DNA of 64,000 nucleotides from Giardia intestinalis (taxonomy: Eukaryota): NCBI GenBank assembly GCA_000002435.2, contig CM018789.1; one strand, 5' to 3'. The notes below the pieces were generated by a model, which saw only the letters and a list, made by a program, of their open reading frames with translations, was not told where the DNA came from and did no database searches. This document shows positions 10,401-18,922 of this stretch, piece after piece. Both the position numbers and the translations under genes were made by a program. Position 1 is the first letter of the stretch. Every line of letters starts with the position of its first letter.

Positions 10401-13400
10401 GTATACTCCTGCTCTGATGGAAGCTTCGGGAAAAGGTAATAGCTGCCATTGTTGTCGATAGATACCTTGTTAATCGAGGACGCTCCAGAAACAGACGTGG
10501 AGACCCCCGAGTCCTTGCCTTGTGCAAGCGCGTCCATATATGTGTGGATGTCTACTCCGCAGCATCGCGCCATTATCGAATTGCGTACCCACTTGACACG
10601 ATTAACATCTAGCATGATGCCCGTGAGAAGTATGGAGCCCGCCGACGCCTTTATCCGCTTATAGCCAGTCTTTCGAGACCCGCTACCTGTTAGAAACTGT
10701 TCAAACGAAAGCTGCCTACGGTGGGCGTTATCTTCTCGCCACTTTAAATATGTATTGGTCTTGCAATTCGGAGACAGTGCACGTGGAATATCTGAGACAT
10801 CGATAACTAGGTCGCCACAGAGGGATTTCAAGAGGTCATTGACTATTCCTGCGACAAATTCATAGGTACAGCCCAGCTCTGCAGCGATGGTGATAATGAT
10901 GCTGCTAAGCTGTACGCCAATGGCAGATATACGCTCAAACTGAAGGGAGAGGTAGCGAAGCTCGTCGATCATGGCGTTAGACTCGCCATTCTCTGTAAGC
11001 CCCGAGACCTGAGCCATATACGACTTGTAGTTTTTCAGGTGTTCAGCAGACGACACATGTGTCCTGTAGTTGTCATACTTAACGTTGCAGACAGCACAAT
11101 CACCGCCAGTTCGATCCTCCTCTACTCGAACTCTATTATACTTCTCCCTATTCAGCGAGTTGTAGGTTAGGTTGTAAGTCAGATTGACATTATTATAAAA
11201 GTCTATCAAGAGTGCAAAATTAGCCTTGGACGTAGCGCTACATGTACCTCCCGGCCCGCCACCACCGTTGACCAAAGCTGGACTGAACTGGCTCATTGCT
11301 GGAACGTGAGACGTCAAAAAGTGAGCCAAGATTGTGCCTTGTGTGTTGGTTCCATTAGCATTGTTTGTATCGTTTCTGGCCGAAAGTTCAAGGCGCTGAT
11401 AATCATTAGCTATTGCGCCCTTCAAATGATAGGGGTAGAAGAGATTATTCAGACCTAGGGATGTATTGAAGATAAGGGTGTGTGTAAAGCTACGGTGAGG
11501 GAAGGGATTAAAACGAGCAACGAGGCTCATGAAATCTGCCAGGCTTATAAGTTGCTCAAATGTCGTCCGGTTCCTTCCCGAGACGGGTATAAAGAGTTGA
11601 TACGTGATTGCGTTGGATAGTGGCCTGATGCTGATCACGTCGTCTTTCAGTGAAGGGCAGTCGGGGCTCTGTGTGTACAGGGCGATAGAGGGCTGGACCT
11701 TATGATAGGGAGACTTTGAGAGCAGAATCTGCTCATCGAAGTCCATAATCGATGTCGCGTCGTGCTCTGCACCTGGTCGAGGAATCATAGACTGCCGTAA
11801 CAGATGAAGGAAGCGATACGTATAGAGACGTGTAAGCCCGGAAGTGGTCAATGAAACACCTTGTGGAGCGCCGCTTCCGAATACGTTCTTCCCGACTCGG
11901 CGGTCATCAGCAACGGTGGATTCCACCAGTGCAAGATAAGACTCTACAAATCCATCCACAAGACCATCAATTCGCCAAGAAATAGAGTTAAGAGCCACCT
12001 GATTTGCCAAGATAAAATCTTCTGCCATATTATCACAATCTGCGTCAAGAATCTTCTGGATATAGAGTAGAACAGTTTCAGAAAGCCCATTCTGGGCACA
12101 GAACTGTCCCATCTTTTCAGTTAGAACGACGGCCTGTCGGTATCTTGAGAAGTTCTCTTGGCAGGGTTTTTGATTTAGGTATGCCATGTAATCAAGAAAC
12201 TCGTTTAGAATAACAAAAGGGAGGGTGGTCAGATACGCAATGGTCGTGACGTAGTTGTCCATGTCTGCCTGGGTAATGTACAGGCGCCGCATATACGCAT
12301 AAGACCATTTTGCTGCGCCCCCTTGCGCTGCACCGCTAGTTGGGACAGTGACTATTGGTGCGGCTGGGCCCCCAATGTTCTTGACCGTCAAGTTAAAGGT
12401 GGAGTCTGGAGAAGGGCTCTTCAACCGAATGGCCAAAAGGAGGATCAGATCAGAGAAGGATGTAACGAAGGTAGTGTGATGGAGTGCATAGGCAAGGCTG
12501 TTTGAAGGAAGATCTGCACCTATGAAAGGATTGGTTGCTGCACCATTTGAACCAGGCACTTCTGATGAGGCTCCCTTGTCCCCCTGCCTGCCTACGTCTA
12601 TGGTGTGGCCAGCGATAATGTGCCGAAACGTCTCGTAGTTGATAGATACGCGTCCACTCTTAAGAGACTCTATTTCCTCGACAATCAGCTTCTGGGCACG
12701 AAGAGAGTGCTTCCAGGCGCTGACCAAGAGCTGAGACAGCGCATGGACAGCCTTAGCAATGTACGCCTCATATTGTCGGTAAGTCGTGGCTAAATCTGTG
12801 GCGCCCGACAGGAGGTACTTGTCTTGTAGAATACAGCTTGTCTGAGATGTGTAGTCTCCACGAATAAGTAGGCGGCCACACGGGCTATTGTCTACCTGCA
12901 AAGAATACATTGGCCTGATTTCATTGACGTAAAACCAGGCATTAGTGGGATCGTCGCAGAGGTCTAACGACAAGGTAACGGGTTCGTATACTGTCGCCAG
13001 TCTATCGGCGAAGTAGTGGAGAAGCACAACCCCGTTAGATATCCCACTAGTGTTGTACTCCATCGTCGCATCAATGTTCTTGGGAGCGAAGTAGTGGAAA
13101 AAATCCTGGATGTGCAGAGAGAGCATCGGCCATCCTCCCCCGACAGTTGTGTTGAGGATCTGATTTATCAAAGATAGGACGTTCGTCTGAAAGGCCTGGT
13201 TGCTGGCAGAGATCTGCTTCTGTGCCTGACTAGAAACCTCAGTCACATGCTGCGCTACAGACTGGTGACGAGTGCTGAGAAGGTGCTGGAGGGTAGATAG
13301 TATAGATGAAGATATAGTTGATAAGGGGCGGGGAACATCTGCACCTGACCCCCCTGGCAGGGCGCTATTAGACGGAGAATGAGGGACAGTGGGTGCGTAC

Positions 13401-14044
13401 CCACTTTGCTCCACAAGGCTAGCCAAAGATGAAACTATGTTACCGTGGTAGTTAGTAAAGGCGTCTGCACAATCAGAAACGGCCTTCTTGATCATGTCGT
13501 GGCCAGCTTTCGACCCTGTATGGAGGGCCGGATCAGTGTAGAAATTCTTTGTGCCGGCAGAGCCAAATTTTGCCGCCCAGACTAATGTAATATGCTTGAG
13601 CCTGTGGATCATAATCTCGGAGAGCGTTCCAATGCGCACAGACGTCTTTGCTTTTAAGTCATCAACAAAGCTCTCGCAATTCTTCAAGACCCTCAGCATC
13701 TCAGCGTCTGTTAGCACCTTGTAGTCGAGTCCGACAAACTGATTGCTCTGAACTGTCTGAATCGCCGCTTCTGTGGAAACAATTACGAAGATGGAGCGGA
13801 GGGTATGCCTCTTGGAGATCAAGGCTTCAGAAAGCAGCATTGGTAGATCGTAAATGAAGACTCTTGGTACATTATTTGTTTGAAGCATTTGCTTCGTCTG
13901 CTTGCGCTCGTGGGTAGCCGCCGCGTCATCGTACAATACGTATGCGTAATCCGCCACAAGATCCAGGAAATGACGGGGCGAAAAACTCCTTTTCAGTACA
14001 CTCATCGCTATCCTTTCCTTTTTTATTCTAAATTTGAAACTCAT
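7463..14044 (-). CDS. Giant hypothetical protein of 2193 aa, lineage-specific, with one U1/matrin-like C2H2 motif.
   Basis: This is an uninterrupted 6.6 kb ORF. The only motif recognised is CAVCNVKYDNYRTHVSSAEH (C-x2-C...H-x5-H). The start ATG sits in an A-rich context (aaatagATGagtttcaaatttagaataaaaaagg). Confidence 0.55.
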   Translation of the reverse strand: MSFKFRIKKERIAMSVLKRSFSPRHFLDLVADYAYVLYDDAAATHERKQTKQMLQTNNVPRVFIYDLPMLLSEALISKRHTLRSIFVIVSTEAAIQTVQSNQFVGLDYKVLTDAEMLRVLKNCESFVDDLKAKTSVRIGTLSEIMIHRLKHITLVWAAKFGSAGTKNFYTDPALHTGSKAGHDMIKKAVSDCADAFTNYHGNIVSSLASLVEQSGYAPTVPHSPSNSALPGGSGADVPRPLSTISSSILSTLQHLLSTRHQSVAQHVTEVSSQAQKQISASNQAFQTNVLSLINQILNTTVGGGWPMLSLHIQDFFHYFAPKNIDATMEYNTSGISNGVVLLHYFADRLATVYEPVTLSLDLCDDPTNAWFYVNEIRPMYSLQVDNSPCGRLLIRGDYTSQTSCILQDKYLLSGATDLATTYRQYEAYIAKAVHALSQLLVSAWKHSLRAQKLIVEEIESLKSGRVSINYETFRHIIAGHTIDVGRQGDKGASSEVPGSNGAATNPFIGADLPSNSLAYALHHTTFVTSFSDLILLLAIRLKSPSPDSTFNLTVKNIGGPAAPIVTVPTSGAAQGGAAKWSYAYMRRLYITQADMDNYVTTIAYLTTLPFVILNEFLDYMAYLNQKPCQENFSRYRQAVVLTEKMGQFCAQNGLSETVLLYIQKILDADCDNMAEDFILANQVALNSISWRIDGLVDGFVESYLALVESTVADDRRVGKNVFGSGAPQGVSLTTSGLTRLYTYRFLHLLRQSMIPRPGAEHDATSIMDFDEQILLSKSPYHKVQPSIALYTQSPDCPSLKDDVISIRPLSNAITYQLFIPVSGRNRTTFEQLISLADFMSLVARFNPFPHRSFTHTLIFNTSLGLNNLFYPYHLKGAIANDYQRLELSARNDTNNANGTNTQGTILAHFLTSHVPAMSQFSPALVNGGGGPGGTCSATSKANFALLIDFYNNVNLTYNLTYNSLNREKYNRVRVEEDRTGGDCAVCNVKYDNYRTHVSSAEHLKNYKSYMAQVSGLTENGESNAMIDELRYLSLQFERISAIGVQLSSIIITIAAELGCTYEFVAGIVNDLLKSLCGDLVIDVSDIPRALSPNCKTNTYLKWREDNAHRRQLSFEQFLTGSGSRKTGYKRIKASAGSILLTGIMLDVNRVKWVRNSIMARCCGVDIHTYMDALAQGKDSGVSTSVSGASSINKVSIDNNGSYYLFPKLPSEQEYTIPKLIIDPRTHTQFLFEEEDFTQLIRVSMATVLWRAYGGSISGDSSGAAGSAHLSAGLLANVDKQRAKGQQAGAEQVKFGSHMISMNKSDYVLPAHLQHKSTSYLATYESDDELDLQQEHVVRRLCDETPFLSGSRYIHVTAELKYHRYERYRARISCRKQEAREEDPNLSVSAGGADYETLNPDLNVGLSSGSPTIKQRQCYHVTPITGLDFKLLRQDIIDVEVGHIPQTGMLVKLAKNILEIREQRHITDAELIEMAKTVFGKSELDDVFTATTAEWLRARLENLATAPSKSKETRTPQASEDGADEETSNELNTYDARLSGTSRLQIPRLYWYDHANGRMFVDGFNDLENEFIQQSHISSGFDIGRVNAIEFSRAYAKSIEKSLLSGQSEITFVERNADGVVIDRNAYESTDHTLLSGLMGGPSAQSTLEQASRVTRTANVSAASRHHSAMGSALGGTSMTGYGTAGALQKNTFNYNDNIKRILTAIPAAKIDISLLSSLAAIPLDILRAICTNCVNLMQASDVILAINNLGEVTNVIPDEVIVAISKSLDAELHCFTILSEPKNAAKVYADHVSMIGRSKRANSAVESAIVAHELSGAGTASGFVEDTVKSENANTGLMLSAAALADEALDAYFETVSQQVNLARSSSCQDFFAHMKSFSPCNPGASATEQANRYPSNSILRAARANSVAAPRRIRLEEDMISIQLLGDEIGEALPTTSLIEGSTLASHLITTGDPKNLNRYSVLKESTILERGIEDEHDLTYIPVNGQQVLMVSHYAAPIMSNFNAIDPNTAYFSKKYYGKMIPTSESICSAVYSSLIPSYTGTSRFLEQVSDLWKGSADAFLGSCASVSSVYNDQTFYSIKILDPSTTTLISLAARAEVLRRKAELNAPGFNTTKGLVELRHDCRSLWRSTGAKPIVVLDRSDRGEFLGTLGLSDSDGEDADYDEISALGPFDVTQSGKPDIYATHTYQFMN

Positions 14045-14623
14045 CTATTTACATGGAGAAGCGACTGGGAGGTCCTCCTCTGCCCGGGCATCACTAGCAT
14101 GTGCTAGAAACTGCGAATCGAACTGCCTAACCTCCTCCAGAGCATCTTTGTATTCCGCTGCGGCCCGCTCGTCGTCACTATCGTCAACAACACCATCTTC
14201 AAGAAGTAGCTGAGCCCTCATATTCATCTCTGTGGACCAATTATCGTAGAGCGGCTGCTCGCCTCTTGCTTCGTCATTTTCCTCTATGCCATCAAAAATT
14301 GGATTGCTAAGGCAGAGACCAATTCGCGCTTTTACCGCCTCACACTCTGCCTGAAGCTTCAGCCTTGCCTCCTTTGCGTCAGCAAGTTTTTTCAACCCTG
14401 CGTCGAAATCAGGCACCTTTTTATGCGCAATCGCGCGTTTGAGTCTTTCGTTCCCGTTGTCCTTCTCATCGACTGTCTCTGGCAGTGGTTCGCTCGAGTC
14501 TTTCCGTCCTTCACGGACCAGTGCTTCAAACTCAGCGGCCTCCTTCCGCAACGCAGTCACCTTTCGGTTCAGTTCCTCCCGCGTAAATGATACTGGCACC
14601 TGAGGCTCCTCCACGGGTTGCAT
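14045..14623 (-). CDS. Hypothetical acidic coiled-coil protein of 192 aa.
   Basis: The ORF is E/D/K/A-rich. Its 5' end overlaps the 3' end of the upstream kinase-like gene by about 92 nt. Its TAG stop directly abuts the ATG of the downstream giant gene in the same frame. Confidence 0.4.
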   Translation of the reverse strand: MQPVEEPQVPVSFTREELNRKVTALRKEAAEFEALVREGRKDSSEPLPETVDEKDNGNERLKRAIAHKKVPDFDAGLKKLADAKEARLKLQAECEAVKARIGLCLSNPIFDGIEENDEARGEQPLYDNWSTEMNMRAQLLLEDGVVDDSDDERAAAEYKDALEEVRQFDSQFLAHASDARAEEDLPVASPCK

Positions 14624-16292
14624 AGGTCTGCTCTAAAACTACCTCCTTTTCAGATTGAATTTTTCTTCCAGCATCTGACAACTCTGGCTGGACGCAAAGT
14701 CCTCTACTTAAAAGGTCCTCTCGGGGCTCTGGACAGAGGATTACATAATCCATAATAAGAGACCATACATATGAGGCATTTTGGACACCAGCGTTGGATA
14801 GGGCGATCTGAATAAGATCAAATTCATCAGACAGTTGAAAGCACGATGCACGCTCTCTCCCAAATGAGTCACTAATAAGATCGTCTTGTTGAGCTAGCGG
14901 AGAACTAACCTCTGAGAACATGGACTTCCCAGCAGTAATTGTGACCAACTCCGTGTACATCGACGACCAAATAGCCTTGAATTCTTCTGGTGACTCAATG
15001 TATTTAAGCGCCAATCTAATCAGCCAATCCAGGAGTCTAGGACAAAGATTCATGGCCTCTATCTCTCCACACAGAGACATAACAAACGGATCTGAATGAA
15101 CCGTTGCATGATCACTGGTAAAATACACTGTGCGAGAAGTTATCTTCGTCACCCCTTCGGGCGTCAATGATGAGGATGGTCCGGTCCCGGTTTGAGCAGC
15201 TGCTAAAGTGAGTAAGGTCTTCTCTGTATATGCACGATGGAGCTTTGTAAACCCGCTGGCTGTTTCTTCGCGTATGAAAAAGGGTACCTCCTGGTTATTC
15301 AATGATGAAAAGAGGGGCGTCACCGATAGAAAACTCCTCACTGGAGGCAAACACATAAAAGCCCTGAGTCGTGCGCGAACAGCATCGTGATCAGTGGAGC
15401 GAGAACTATAATATGCTTCAATGGCCTCGTCCGTGCTGAAATACAGAAGAAACTCCGCATAACGGGGGTCGTGCCCACTGAGAGCGTCTAGAAGGTCGAT
15501 ATGGTAGTTCTGCAAGTAATGTGTGAGAGAGGCAGAGTTGGTGAATTGAAAGAATGACGTTAGGTCACCCAAGATGGAGATGCTAACGAGAGTGGCTGCC
15601 CAGATATCTGTGCACTGGCTCACGACTGGGGTGCCGTCTCGAAAGTAAGGTAGATAGCTTCGTGTCACACCGTGGTGACCCTCTGCTGGAACTTGTTGTA
15701 AAGACGCTGCATCATACCTTTGAAAATGTGTGCTCCCAAAGTCTCCTAGTTTCTGGTCCCGGTCTTGATCCAGAAAGCAGTTGCTCCTCTTCACGTCTCC
15801 GTGTACGAAGAAAAGAGACGAGTAAGGGAGAGTGTGGAGGTAATGAAGCACACTAAAAAGCTGTGCAACGATGCGACCTGCGGTGTATGCAGTGAATACG
15901 CCAGTGTAGTGGTCAAGGTCGTAGTACTTACAGTGCTCAAGAAGGATCTTTAGCTCGCTCCCCTCCTGTGAGGTACAAAGACAGCGGACCAAATTGGGAT
16001 GCTGGAGAGCTTGGTGAAACATAAATTCCCTTACTGCCTCTTGCTGTTGCTGCTTAGAACCGAAGTAAAGGGTCTTCATAACGACCGGATAGCTCTTTGC
16101 TCTCCGAGCTGGATCACCAAAAACAGCTATTCCTTCCTCTACGCGACGGTTTTGGTTGATAGATAGAAGTCTCGACGATGTAAATCGTATACCTTGGCCG
16201 GTGTCATCGTCTGTATCAAAAGTAGCACAGTCCATAGGATGCTTGTTCTCGAAGAGACGAATAGTCTCTCTCTGATACCGAAAGCTTTGCAT
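14532..16292 (-). CDS. Divergent protein-kinase-like protein. It may be a NEK-type kinase or a pseudokinase.
   Basis: Kinase subdomain motifs are present: VVMK (VAIK-like), HPNLVR, FVHGDVKRSNCF (HRD replaced by HGD), KLGDFGS (DFG) and TDIWA (subdomain IX). The glycine-rich loop is not recognisable. Confidence 0.6.
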   Translation of the reverse strand: MQSFRYQRETIRLFENKHPMDCATFDTDDDTGQGIRFTSSRLLSINQNRRVEEGIAVFGDPARRAKSYPVVMKTLYFGSKQQQQEAVREFMFHQALQHPNLVRCLCTSQEGSELKILLEHCKYYDLDHYTGVFTAYTAGRIVAQLFSVLHYLHTLPYSSLFFVHGDVKRSNCFLDQDRDQKLGDFGSTHFQRYDAASLQQVPAEGHHGVTRSYLPYFRDGTPVVSQCTDIWAATLVSISILGDLTSFFQFTNSASLTHYLQNYHIDLLDALSGHDPRYAEFLLYFSTDEAIEAYYSSRSTDHDAVRARLRAFMCLPPVRSFLSVTPLFSSLNNQEVPFFIREETASGFTKLHRAYTEKTLLTLAAAQTGTGPSSSLTPEGVTKITSRTVYFTSDHATVHSDPFVMSLCGEIEAMNLCPRLLDWLIRLALKYIESPEEFKAIWSSMYTELVTITAGKSMFSEVSSPLAQQDDLISDSFGRERASCFQLSDEFDLIQIALSNAGVQNASYVWSLIMDYVILCPEPREDLLSRGLCVQPELSDAGRKIQSEKEVVLEQTYATRGGASGASIIYAGGTEPKGDCVAEGGR

Positions 16293-16340
16293 GCGTCTTC
16301 AAAGTCAGATTGATTACGCTGCGTCTTAGCTTGTCTGTGA
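16293..16340. promoter_or_regulatory. Short divergent promoter between the kinase-like gene (minus strand) and the membrane-protein gene (plus strand).
   Basis: A 48 bp spacer lies between divergent start codons. This matches the compact bidirectional promoters found elsewhere in the window. Confidence 0.3.
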
Positions 16341-17345
16341 TTGAAAAGAAGAGAAGCCCTGAAAAATAAAAGAAGCAACCATCATACAAGTACTACAAGA
16401 GTTATGAGAGAAAGAGCAGAAAACTCCAATGCTGGGCATGCAGGCGGTAATCCTCCTCAGAAGCTGTGGAGCCCTAAACGGCTTATTATGATTTGTGTAA
16501 CATTTGGCGCGTTCATAGGTTTCCTGGGTGGCTACCTGGCCAGCAACGTGACCTACGAGACATCAATTTATATCAGGCCGAACACAACCCTATTTTTGAC
16601 CCCTCCTGGCGTCAACACTGAGCTGGGTATCATAGGAGTGTCTGACTGCGTCGAGATCTATGAAAATGTTCGGACAGTCAGCGAGTATTCACTACAATAT
16701 GGCTCTTACGAGACCCTTTCTCTGAGCCGAAACATCTCTATGTTGACCAACGACACCATAGTGCTTGGTCAGCTCCAGGGGATTGTTTCTGTTAAGTTCA
16801 TGCTCCTTGACGTCAACCACTGCATGCTAGGGTTGGGTGTACCATTAACCCTGAGGAATGAGCAACTGGAGTTCTCCTACTTTCCGTATATCTCCGAATA
16901 CAGAAGTGTTTTGCGGCCCAATGAGCCTCAGATCTACAATCTGTCTGGCACTATTGATGAGTACTTTAAAATGCTTGCTGTTGTGAACCCGGTGGTGATA
17001 CCGAAGAAAGGTAGGGCAAAACTATCTTCAATGGTGGAGGACTGCGTATATTCTCTTGTAATTATTGTCGAAACCACCTCTTACAGCATGACGAATGTCC
17101 CGCACAGATCCATTTTGTATCCATCCACCGTGGATAAAAATAAAAAATTCAAGACACCGATTGCCTTACGTTCTCTGAGTCCGCTGAGCGAACAAACAGT
17201 TGTAACGCTAGAGATGTGCGCCACTGCACACCAACTGAATTATCGCACGCAGCTATTGTCTCTGGCGATAGCTTCTTTTATTATATTTCTTATTATATGT
17301 ATCTATGCGCTTTGTGGACATTGTCGCAATAAAGAAAAAGCGTGA
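16341..17345 (+). CDS. Hypothetical membrane glycoprotein with an N-terminal signal anchor and a C-terminal transmembrane helix.
   Basis: Hydrophobic segments are LIMICVTFGAFIGFLGGYLAS and LLSLAIASFIIFLIICIYALCG, the latter followed by a short basic tail. Several N-x-S/T sequons lie between them. Confidence 0.5.
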   Translation: MKRREALKNKRSNHHTSTTRVMRERAENSNAGHAGGNPPQKLWSPKRLIMICVTFGAFIGFLGGYLASNVTYETSIYIRPNTTLFLTPPGVNTELGIIGVSDCVEIYENVRTVSEYSLQYGSYETLSLSRNISMLTNDTIVLGQLQGIVSVKFMLLDVNHCMLGLGVPLTLRNEQLEFSYFPYISEYRSVLRPNEPQIYNLSGTIDEYFKMLAVVNPVVIPKKGRAKLSSMVEDCVYSLVIIVETTSYSMTNVPHRSILYPSTVDKNKKFKTPIALRSLSPLSEQTVVTLEMCATAHQLNYRTQLLSLAIASFIIFLIICIYALCGHCRNKEKA

Positions 17346-17389
17346 GCAGAGGATCTACGCACGGCTACTTTCTATATGCCAATGACATG

Positions 17390-18829
17390 TTAATAATATC
17401 TAATATATTCTCTTCTGGCAATAAGGGTTATGTCAGACGGATCTATACTGCAATCATCCTGCCTCTTACTCTTAAAGCTTACTGACTTACAACGTCCCCT
17501 TCCTCTGGACGATTCTGCTGCCAGGTATCCTGTGGTGACAATATCTACTACTCTATTCCTTACATGAGTGTCCGTATTTGTACTATACGTTTTTAAGCGT
17601 GCAGATGTTGATCTGAGGGGCATGGTTTGCTCATCTGCGTCATAGAGTTCTGGCTCATGCTTGGCGTAGTCACAATTAGAGCTTGCATACGGTACACCCG
17701 TATGCATATGCTTTGGACTGTACTCATTAGATACATCTTTATTTTCCACCTCAATGGGAGTATCCTGGCAAGCCTTGATATCTAGCCCAGTTCTATGCAC
17801 TGATGGCAAGACCACATCATTCTCCACTAAGCGTTCATGTATACCCGTTGGGCCGTGCTCTAAAAGTAAGCTCACAGTATCATTTGGTTCCTCATGCCCC
17901 GGGGCTCCAGGCAGTGTATGGTTGGAGCTATTGTCTATTATTTTATCAGCAACACTATTTGTTATGGAATTGTCATATCCATTGCACGGCATTAACTGGA
18001 TACCAATCTCCACAGAAGAAGAAGAAAAAGAAGCCGCTGTAGGCGCTGGTACCTGCCCTGCTTCAGGTTCCACCTTACAGTAGTCGTCAATGTCCTTAAT
18101 AAAGCGTGATATGATGGGAATTGTAACTATTTCATTAAAGGCTATCGGAAGGCCGTCGAGTGGTGCACAAGGTCCTGCAATAATACACATTCGTGTCACC
18201 ATGTCTACTAGTGCATCGGAGTACAGGTTACTCTCAAGAGTAAACTCATACTCGATAAGGTCAAGGATGAGATGGTGGATGCGCTTTGGCGTGTCGGCAA
18301 AAGGGGTAACAGTCATCAGACAAAGCGCAAGTAGTCCGACTGCAAAGAGAACCTTTCCCTCGTCAGTGACGGAGGTACATGCAGAAATGGTGGAGACTGT
18401 TGATGGAATGGTACTAAGATTGATGGTCTCTTGCATCAAAAGAGACACTGCTGTCTGCTCAAAGCACATGATATTTGTGACTTCTGCAATCATGTCGTAT
18501 ACCGTTTGCTCTGGGACAGGTTTTTCTGCGCGGATCCTAATCCCAAACAGGCGGTCAACATCTGCGCAACTTAGCTGAAAGATAAGAAACACCGAGCTCT
18601 TATTCTTGACGATGTTTATCAGTTCCATGTCGTCTATGTCTCGCAGTGCATCTGGGGCTGCATCTCGGTAAGCCTTGAGGGCATCGTCGGTTAGACGTGG
18701 CAAGGCAATCTCACGAGCCAGTAGTAACTCCCCCCGCCGTATGTCAAAGACTTTGTGAAGCACTTGCTGGCCTGGAGAGTGAACGCGCCCGAGGAACAGG
18801 TAGAAGGTCTTGTGGGTCATTTCAAGCAT
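17390..18829 (-). CDS. Hypothetical protein of 479 aa.
   Basis: The ORF is uninterrupted and convergent with the upstream gene. No recognisable motif was found. Confidence 0.45.
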   Translation of the reverse strand: MLEMTHKTFYLFLGRVHSPGQQVLHKVFDIRRGELLLAREIALPRLTDDALKAYRDAAPDALRDIDDMELINIVKNKSSVFLIFQLSCADVDRLFGIRIRAEKPVPEQTVYDMIAEVTNIMCFEQTAVSLLMQETINLSTIPSTVSTISACTSVTDEGKVLFAVGLLALCLMTVTPFADTPKRIHHLILDLIEYEFTLESNLYSDALVDMVTRMCIIAGPCAPLDGLPIAFNEIVTIPIISRFIKDIDDYCKVEPEAGQVPAPTAASFSSSSVEIGIQLMPCNGYDNSITNSVADKIIDNSSNHTLPGAPGHEEPNDTVSLLLEHGPTGIHERLVENDVVLPSVHRTGLDIKACQDTPIEVENKDVSNEYSPKHMHTGVPYASSNCDYAKHEPELYDADEQTMPLRSTSARLKTYSTNTDTHVRNRVVDIVTTGYLAAESSRGRGRCKSVSFKSKRQDDCSIDPSDITLIARREYIRYY

Positions 18830-18922
18830 GACTTTTTTAGTCTTAGGATTTTATGCCCAGTTTAGAACCCTAGCTCAGAGCAACTGGCAGCGAAAGTATC
18901 AAGTATACAGCGAGTGACCACT

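Noticed and set aside
14045-14047. The possibility that the in-frame TAG reflects an alternative genetic code (TAG/TAA=Gln, as in Hexamitinae).
   Set aside because: Conserved genes in this window terminate at their expected ends with TAG (kinesin-2), TAA (RPS16) and TGA (zf-C2HC gene, USP). Long ORFs are not peppered with TAR codons, so the standard code applies.
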